Origin: a bacterium
GTDB lineage: Bacteria > UBA8248
Direction of reading: 5' to 3'
Length of the DNA: 64,000 nucleotides
Assembly (NCBI GenBank): GCA_965207065.1
Contig: OZ242260.1
Location: forward strand, 3,744,001-3,808,000
Shown: piece by piece, positions 57,927 to 64,000 of the stretch
How positions within the stretch are numbered: the stretch's first letter is position 1
How the letters are laid out: every line of letters begins with the position of its first letter
Position numbers and translations under genes: made by a program
Notes under the pieces: generated by a model
What the model saw: only the letters and a program-made list of their open reading frames with translations
Database searches by the model: none
What the model was told of the DNA's origin: nothing

Positions 57927-58712
57927 ATGAGCTCTAACAAACTCCCGGCACTGGCATACAGACCCGCTGCCCAGGAGCGCGAACTCACCGGAAAACTCAT
58001 CGCTTCCACGAGCGCGGACGAGCGCGAAGCGCTGGGCCAGAAACTGCTCGACAACATTTGCCGCAGCCTCAAAATCCCCAGGACGCGCCTGCGCGTGTTC
58101 GAAAAGCGCCAACCCCACAAGCTGCGCGGCGGAAAACTCGCCTACAAGCTCTATGGCACCTATAACTGTGAAACCGCGGTGATCGAAATCGCCAACCTGA
58201 CTTCGGTTCGCAAGCAGGTTGTCGCGGGCAAGACGTTTCTCGATACCCTCATCCACGAACTCATGCACCACATCGACAGAAAATTTCTCCGAATTCCCTC
58301 CACGCCCCATAGCCCCGGCTTTTACAAACGCATCGAGGACCTCAAAACCAAACTCATGCGCATGAAGAGCGGGGAGCGGGTACCCCCGCAAGAAGCCGCC
58401 TGGGAGCGACCCAGAGACCTGACGGCGGCTCTCGAGGCGGCGGCCGCAAACGCCCGTGGGAAAAACGATAGTCAAGACCGGCAACAGACAAATGAGGCGA
58501 TCGCGGAGGATGTTCGGCCCGAAACGAGAAAATCCAGGTTGTCCCCACAGGATGAAACGGAATCCCTCTTTCCGGCGCCACCAGGTGAACCAAGCGCAGC
58601 GAAACCCCGGAAAAAACCACCACGCGCGCGCGAAGGAGTGAGCACGCCTCCGAAAAATCCCCAAAAAGTCGCTTCGGGAGAGAAAGAACCGCAGCTGTCG
58701 TTCGATTATTAA
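57927..58712 (+). CDS. SprT-like HExxH metalloprotease with a disordered C-terminus (start uncertain)
   Basis: LYGTY, DTLIHELMHH, H..GFYKRI. Confidence 0.7.
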   Translation: MSSNKLPALAYRPAAQERELTGKLIASTSADEREALGQKLLDNICRSLKIPRTRLRVFEKRQPHKLRGGKLAYKLYGTYNCETAVIEIANLTSVRKQVVAGKTFLDTLIHELMHHIDRKFLRIPSTPHSPGFYKRIEDLKTKLMRMKSGERVPPQEAAWERPRDLTAALEAAAANARGKNDSQDRQQTNEAIAEDVRPETRKSRLSPQDETESLFPAPPGEPSAAKPRKKPPRAREGVSTPPKNPQKVASGEKEPQLSFDY

Positions 58713-58910
58713 TTTTCTACAATCTACTTTAGATAAACAATATTAAAACTTGAAATAAAAAGTGAAAAAAACTCAAGAAATCTACCCTTCAAGGACCGTC
58801 TTTCGTTCCCACGTTCGGGCGGTTGTGTTTCACTCTGCGATTGGGTAAACAAAGGGACTGGGCATACGCCTTCATACAAACAAACGAATATCGCAGAGGA
58901 GTTTCCTTCT

Positions 58911-59603
58911 ATGAGACCGGCTAACGATTCCGTCCCGAAACCCTGGGGACCGCTGGCGGGTTTTTGGTCCTGGCAATACCTGAACCTGTGGAAGACCATC
59001 AAACTCGTCACGAGCAAACGGGTCAAGAGTTTTTATGAAAAATTTCCGAACGTCCTTCCCCCCGGCGCCGATTTCCCCGACTTCGAACTCAAAGACATTC
59101 AAGGAAACAGCCACCGCATGTCGGACTATCTGGGCAAGAAATACGTGGTGATGACCACGGGGGCCATCACGTGACCGCCATACAGGCGGCAGGTGCCGTT
59201 TTATGAAGAGTTGCAGGAGAAATACGCGGACCGCGACGTAGTGGTCTTCAATCTCTACGTGAGGGAACCCCACGCAGGCGAGCGCGGATTCCCCGAGATC
59301 AGAAACCATGAATCCTACGAGCACAAGCGGAGCTACGCGCAAGAGCTGGCCGATATCAAGAACATGGAAACCAACATCCTCGTCGACGAGATGGACCAGA
59401 AGGTCCACGCCATGCTCGGAGACCTGCCGAACACCATCTGGCTCATCGGCAAGGACGGGAAAGTGGCTTACAAATGCACCTGGTCGAACGCCGAACACGT
59501 GGATGAATATCTGGCCCGGATGGTGAACGAAGACCCCGCATTCGAGGGAATGCCAAGAATCGAGCAAACCATCTTCACCGCTCGCGCGAGCACCGCGATC
59601 TAG
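58911..59603 (+). CDS. Deiodinase-like thioredoxin-fold selenoprotein (TGA 59172-59174 read as Sec), 230 aa
   Basis: The two ORF-track fragments are in frame across one TGA: PDFEL..VVMTTGAIT-U-PPY..YVREPH..ILVDEMD..LPN; SECIS-like hairpin follows. Confidence 0.85.
59175..59205 (+). promoter_or_regulatory. Putative bacterial SECIS element
   Basis: CAUA-C-AGGCGGC-[AGGU]-GCCGUUU-UAUG stem-loop; loop lies 17-20 nt after the UGA. Confidence 0.7.
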
Positions 59604-59621
59604 CCGGACAAGTCGTTCATC

Positions 59622-59651
59622 AGCGCCCCCTCGTGAGTGGGGGCGTTTTTT
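59622..59651 (+). terminator. Rho-independent terminator after the selenoprotein gene
   Basis: gcgccccc-tcgtgagt-gggggcgt followed by a T run. Confidence 0.75.
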
Positions 59652-59681
59652 CTGCATCACAAACCATGGAGGAATCGGGAC

Positions 59682-60206
59682 ATGGATGCGCCGACTATCA
59701 TCAAAGAGCGCCTCGAAGCCTACGGGATGAGGCTGAGAGAGGTTATGGAAGACGTCACCGATGAGGACTTGACCCTTCAACCCGGTCCGAACGACAACCC
59801 CATGGGCTGGCTCATCTGGCACATGACGCGCTTTGAGGACAGGACATTTTCGTTCCTCGGCGGAACGCAGGAGCTTTGGATAGAGGGGAAATGGCACGAG
59901 CGCTTCAGCATGGAGCCCGACCCCGAATGCACCGGCGTGGGCTTCACGCTCGAACAGGTTCTCGCGCTTGAAGTCAGCAAGGACGCCCTGATGGGTTATT
60001 TCGAAGCGGCGAGAGAGAAGACTCTCGCCTGCCTCTCAAGTCTGAGCGCGGCGGACTTGGATCGGGAAGAAGTCGACTTCGCCAGCAAGAAGCCCATGAA
60101 ACTCGGACTGGTGCTGGGCAGGTACTTGGGCGATCACATCTCCCACATCGGACAAATCTGCTATCTCAGGGGCCACATCGCAGGCTGGGGGCGATACCCC
60201 ACATAG
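59682..60206 (+). CDS. DinB/YfiT-family metal-dependent protein
   Basis: GGAGG RBS; NPMGWLIWHM..ED; DHISHIGQICYLRG. Confidence 0.88.
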   Translation: MDAPTIIKERLEAYGMRLREVMEDVTDEDLTLQPGPNDNPMGWLIWHMTRFEDRTFSFLGGTQELWIEGKWHERFSMEPDPECTGVGFTLEQVLALEVSKDALMGYFEAAREKTLACLSSLSAADLDREEVDFASKKPMKLGLVLGRYLGDHISHIGQICYLRGHIAGWGRYPT

Positions 60207-60209
60207 ATT

Positions 60210-61211
60210 TCAGTCGAGTTCTCCCAAGACCTTAAGCGCTTGTTTCACGTCCTCTTCGGGCGTCTCGTCGGGCACGCGGAAAAGCGGCTGCGTGACGCCC
60301 ATCTCCCTGATTGCAGCCAGCATTTCGTTGCATCTTGATTTGGGACCGCAGATGGCGAGGTCGTCCACCAGTTCATCCGAGAGCGCCTCTCCCACCGCCC
60401 TGCGACCGCCCTTTCTCCAGGCCGCCCGAATGTTGTCGGCGTCTTCCCCGTAGCCCCAGCGCGTGAGCTGGGCGTGGTAGTAATCGCCCATCGCGCCAAT
60501 GTAAAAGCCGAGTTCGGGCTTAACGAGTGCGCGTGCTCGTTCCAGATCGTCAAAAGGCGCCGTGTAGACGAACGGCGCCACGTCGATTTCCGTAATCGCC
60601 CTGCCCGCCGATTCCGCGCCCTCTTCCAGGAATTTGAGCGCGTCTTTTGTTTTCGAGAACGGGATGCAGAAAGGAATCCAGCCGTCCGCAATCTCCCCGG
60701 TCAGCCTCGTGTAGTTCGGGCCGTTCGACCCCAGATAGATGGGCAGACGCTCCTGCACCGGCTTTCGCCTGAGCTTGAAGCCGCTCATCCGGTAGATTTC
60801 ACCGTCCAGCTCCACGCGCTCGCCCCTGAACGCCTGGCGCAGGGCTCCGACCATCTCCCGGGAGCGCTTGAGCGGGCTGCCGAAAGGAACCCCGTGCCAG
60901 TTCTCGATTACGGCCTGGCCGCTCGAGCCGAGCCCGAGATGGAAGCGGCCGTCGCTCAACACATCGAGTTCCGCCGCCGTCTGCGCCATGAGGCCGGGCG
61001 TTCTGCCGTAGACGTTGAACACCGCGGCTCCCAGCTTGATCTTCTCCACCGCCTGCGCCGCCATGGCGATGAGGATGCTCCCGTCTCGCACCCAGGTTTC
61101 GGGAAACCAGAGCGAATCGATGCCTGAATCCTCGCACCACCGGGCGAATCGCGGAACCTCGCGCGCGTCGATGGTCTCCTGATGCCACAAAACGATCCCT
61201 TTTTCCGTCAT
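60210..61211 (-). CDS. Luciferase-like (LLM) flavin/F420-dependent oxidoreductase
   Basis: WFPETW, RTPGLMAQTAAELD.LSDGRFHLGLG, GEIADGWIP. Confidence 0.9.
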   Translation of the reverse strand: MTEKGIVLWHQETIDAREVPRFARWCEDSGIDSLWFPETWVRDGSILIAMAAQAVEKIKLGAAVFNVYGRTPGLMAQTAAELDVLSDGRFHLGLGSSGQAVIENWHGVPFGSPLKRSREMVGALRQAFRGERVELDGEIYRMSGFKLRRKPVQERLPIYLGSNGPNYTRLTGEIADGWIPFCIPFSKTKDALKFLEEGAESAGRAITEIDVAPFVYTAPFDDLERARALVKPELGFYIGAMGDYYHAQLTRWGYGEDADNIRAAWRKGGRRAVGEALSDELVDDLAICGPKSRCNEMLAAIREMGVTQPLFRVPDETPEEDVKQALKVLGELD

Positions 61212-61252
61212 CTACCGACTCCCTTCAATCCGCAAGTCCTTGAGTTTCGCGC

Positions 61253-61281
61253 TTGACAGCAGCGAGCTTCTTCCCTATAAA
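61253..61281 (+). promoter_or_regulatory. Sigma70 promoter of the DEAD-box helicase gene
   Basis: TTGACA-17 bp-TATAAA. Confidence 0.75.
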
Positions 61282-61289
61282 CACTCATC

Positions 61290-63011
61290 GTGAGAATTAT
61301 CAAACATTTAGCGAGCATCATTCGCTCCAAAAGCAAAGAACAAACCCCCGAGAGCCTACCTTCCGCCAAGGTCCTGGAATCCAATTCCGCGCCATCCGCT
61401 GACTACGCGGAGCGGAACAAAACCTCTTCCGCCTCGAAACCTGCCGATGTCGAATCTCCGCAGGGAAAAACCGACTCGAACGGGACGAACCCCGGGAACA
61501 AGCGCCGCCGGCGCAGACGCCCCCGGAAAAAACAAAATAATGGAGAAACATTGCATAAGCAAAACGCAGCGACCATAGAACCGAAAAAACCGGAAAACGA
61601 CGAGAACCCATCCAAAAACAAAAGGACAAGAAGGCGCCGCAAGAAGAAACCCGCTGTGGCAGGAGCGCATGCCGCACCGCAAAAATCCCAGAAAGCGGCG
61701 AATCCCTCTTATAACGGCATCACCTACAAAAAAGACCCCTCCGAATTCGGCGTGGCCGATTTCGACGTAGCAGACGCGCCCGAGGGCTTCCGGGAACTCG
61801 GCTTCGGGCCGGAGCTGCTCCGCGGAATTCACGGCCTCGGGTTCGACGCCCCCACTCCCATCCAGCGGGATGCGATTCCCGTCGCGCGGGAGGGCCGGGA
61901 CATCATCGGCTGCGCCCAGACGGGCACGGGCAAAACAGCTTCGTTCGCCCTTCCGACTCTCGAACGCCTACAAGGCGCCTCGGGCACGCGGTGCCTCGTC
62001 CTGACGCCCACGCGGGAACTGGCCATCCAGGTATCGGAGCAATTCCACCGTCTGGGAAAACACGTCGAAACCTCGTGCGCCGTCATCTACGGCGGGGTGG
62101 ATTACGAGCCTCAGTTCCAGGCTTTTAGCGAGAACGTTGACATCGTCGTCGCCACGCCCGGCCGGCTGCTCGACCATTTGAAACGAAAATCCGTTCATTT
62201 CAAGAAACTGGAGATACTCATCATCGACGAGGCCGACCGCATGCTGGACATGGGCTTCGCCGAGGAGATCACCGAAATCCTCAAGCGCCTGCCCCAAAAG
62301 CGGCAGACCATGCTCTTCTCCGCCACCATGCCAGCAAAAATCCAGGATCTGGCGAATCGCGCGGTGAGCGAGCCGGTGCAAATCAACATCTCGACGCCCT
62401 CGACGCCGGCGGAGGGCATCCACCACGGCGTCTACCCCATCAGCATGTCGAACAAGCCTCGTGGGGTGCTGGGCATCATCGACAAATACAACCCCACCAG
62501 CGTTCTCATCTTCACGAGAACCAAAGCCGGGGCCGATGTGCTCTGCAATTTCCTGGAGAACGAGAAAATTTCCGTCGCCAAGATTCATTCCGACAGAAGC
62601 CAGAGACAACGGGAGCGCGCGCTGGCGGGCTTTCGCCAGGGCCAGCACCGCATCCTCGTGGCGACGGACATCGTTTCGCGCGGCATCGACGTGACGGGCA
62701 TCTCGCACGTCATCAATTACGACGTGCCGGAATACCCCGAAGACTACGTCCACCGCGCAGGCAGAACCGCCCGCGCCGGCCGCATCGGCTACGCCATGAC
62801 GCTCATGTCGCCCGGCGAAATCACGCCAGTCAAGAATATCGAACGCTTCATCGGCAAGGCGCTCCCCAGAGTCGGCATGGAAGGTTTCGCCGACGACGTC
62901 CACCAGCAAAACATCGAGAACGAACCCAAACCCCTGCTCGACCAACCGAGGGTGGCGCGTTACGAGCGCCTACGCAAAATGCCGCGCCGCACGGGCCTGT
63001 CACTTCGCTAG
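61290..63011 (+). CDS. DEAD-box RNA helicase (RhlE-like) with a long basic N-terminal extension
   Basis: PTPIQ, AQTGTGKT, PTRELA, TPGRL, DEAD, SAT, YVHRAGRTARAG. Confidence 0.95.
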   Translation: MRIIKHLASIIRSKSKEQTPESLPSAKVLESNSAPSADYAERNKTSSASKPADVESPQGKTDSNGTNPGNKRRRRRRPRKKQNNGETLHKQNAATIEPKKPENDENPSKNKRTRRRRKKKPAVAGAHAAPQKSQKAANPSYNGITYKKDPSEFGVADFDVADAPEGFRELGFGPELLRGIHGLGFDAPTPIQRDAIPVAREGRDIIGCAQTGTGKTASFALPTLERLQGASGTRCLVLTPTRELAIQVSEQFHRLGKHVETSCAVIYGGVDYEPQFQAFSENVDIVVATPGRLLDHLKRKSVHFKKLEILIIDEADRMLDMGFAEEITEILKRLPQKRQTMLFSATMPAKIQDLANRAVSEPVQINISTPSTPAEGIHHGVYPISMSNKPRGVLGIIDKYNPTSVLIFTRTKAGADVLCNFLENEKISVAKIHSDRSQRQRERALAGFRQGQHRILVATDIVSRGIDVTGISHVINYDVPEYPEDYVHRAGRTARAGRIGYAMTLMSPGEITPVKNIERFIGKALPRVGMEGFADDVHQQNIENEPKPLLDQPRVARYERLRKMPRRTGLSLR

Positions 63012-63288
63012 TTCGAAGCATCCTCTCAGCAAAAGTGACAGGAAATAACCGAAGTACCCCCTTACTCTCTTAATAATATGGTAAAGATTTTTTGAACTTT
63101 TCAAGTCATTGATAAAAAGCTACTTATCGGTATCGAGGCGCGCCTTTTGATGAAAAAACCCTGCGCTACTCCATCTTATCTATTGACCTCTCCGCGCGGC
63201 TACGATAAATTGACTTTCCTCGTGACAAATATTTGCAATGTCAAAATCTTCTATATAGCCCGGATTTGAAAGTGGAAGGGAGACCCAT

Positions 63289-63564
63289 ATGCAGAAATCC
63301 GATCTCGTAGAAAAAATCGCCGGGGACGCCGGCATCTCCAAAGCGGCGGCGGACCGCGCCCTGAAGTCCCTGCTTGATTCCGTTACGCAAGCGCTGAAGA
63401 AAGGTGACCGTGTTTCCCTGGTCGGATTCGGAACGTTTTCCGTTTCCAAGCGATCTGCACGAACGGGTCGCAACCCGCAAACGGGCGAGACAATCTCCAT
63501 CAAGGCGAGTAAGGCGCCCAAGTTCTCCGCAGGCAAGAGCCTCAAGGACGCGGTGAACAAATAA
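63289..63564 (+). CDS. hup: DNA-binding protein HU
   Basis: [34 protein letters not shown]. Confidence 0.97.
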   Translation: MQKSDLVEKIAGDAGISKAAADRALKSLLDSVTQALKKGDRVSLVGFGTFSVSKRSARTGRNPQTGETISIKASKAPKFSAGKSLKDAVNK

Positions 63565-63720
63565 ACACAGGCTTTTGATGGCGTCAGATTCGGAAATCAC
63601 CCGATAACTGGCCGTTGGATGATTCCAGTCAACTGTACACTTTAGCGTAAGGTAGTCCCGCTTTAGAAATTATCCGGTTCAAAGTAGGTATTCATCCTGT
63701 AAGAAGCAATTATCAAGTCC

Positions 63721-63768
63721 GAAACCCCGACGCTGTATATTTCATCACGGCGTCGGGGTTTTCGTTTT
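63721..63768. terminator. Terminator hairpin between hup and the convergent aminotransferase gene
   Basis: aaaccccgacgc..gcgtcggggttt followed by a T-rich tail. Confidence 0.65.
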
Positions 63769-63813
63769 CAAAATTGTTTCAGAATTCTGCATTAAGAACA
63801 CCACGAAACAACT

Positions 63814-64000
63814 TCAGGCGAGTAAATCCTTGAGCTCCGAGAGGAAGCGCGCGTTCTCCTGTTCAAGTCCGACGGTGACGCGAATCCATTCTGGATGCCC
63901 GAAAGCGCTGCCGGGGCGAACGATGACGCCCTCGCGCATCAGGGCGGCGGTCGCCGCGTCGCCGTCGCCCACGCGCACGAAGATGAAATTGGCCTGGCTC
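63814..64000 (-). CDS. hisC: C-terminal fragment of a histidinol-phosphate aminotransferase-like protein (runs off the window)
   Basis: Manual translation: SQANFIFVRVG..LMREGVIVRPG..WIRVTVG..ENARFL..LLA*. Confidence 0.75.
   Translation of the reverse strand, partial: SQANFIFVRVGDGDAATAALMREGVIVRPGSAFGHPEWIRVTVGLEQENARFLSELKDLLA

Noticed and set aside
59193-59603. Separate 136-aa gene, or a pseudogene call for 58911-59603
   Set aside because: Better explained as one selenoprotein: in-frame TGA at the redox-active position plus a SECIS-like stem

Overview
GC-rich bacterial chromosomal window, mostly core metabolism with several small accessory patches. The gene content (b6-type Rieske/cyt b genes, multiheme cytochrome c, many transport and catabolic paralogues) suggests a Nitrospinota/Tectomicrobia-like lineage, but this is inference. 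No rRNA, tRNA, CRISPR array or intact transposase was seen. Main points: (1) an iodothyronine-deiodinase-like selenoprotein that the ORF track splits at an in-frame TGA (GAIT-U-PPY), followed by a SECIS-like hairpin (58911-59603); (2) an uncharacterised four-gene operon: ATP-grasp, DUF1611-like P-loop, ATP-grasp, and a nucleotide-transporter/HEAT/cNMP fusion, divergent from a peptide ABC transporter (2666-10476); (3) a split cyclopropane-synthase-like methyltransferase with a geranylgeranyl-reductase-like gene between the halves (28801-31203); (4) a dispersed Rieske/cyt b complex with two unannotated small membrane ORFs and an octaheme cytochrome c; (5) three toxin-antitoxin loci whose toxins look missing or disabled; (6) nested REP/MITE-like palindromic repeats. 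All family assignments come from motif recognition by eye, not database searches.
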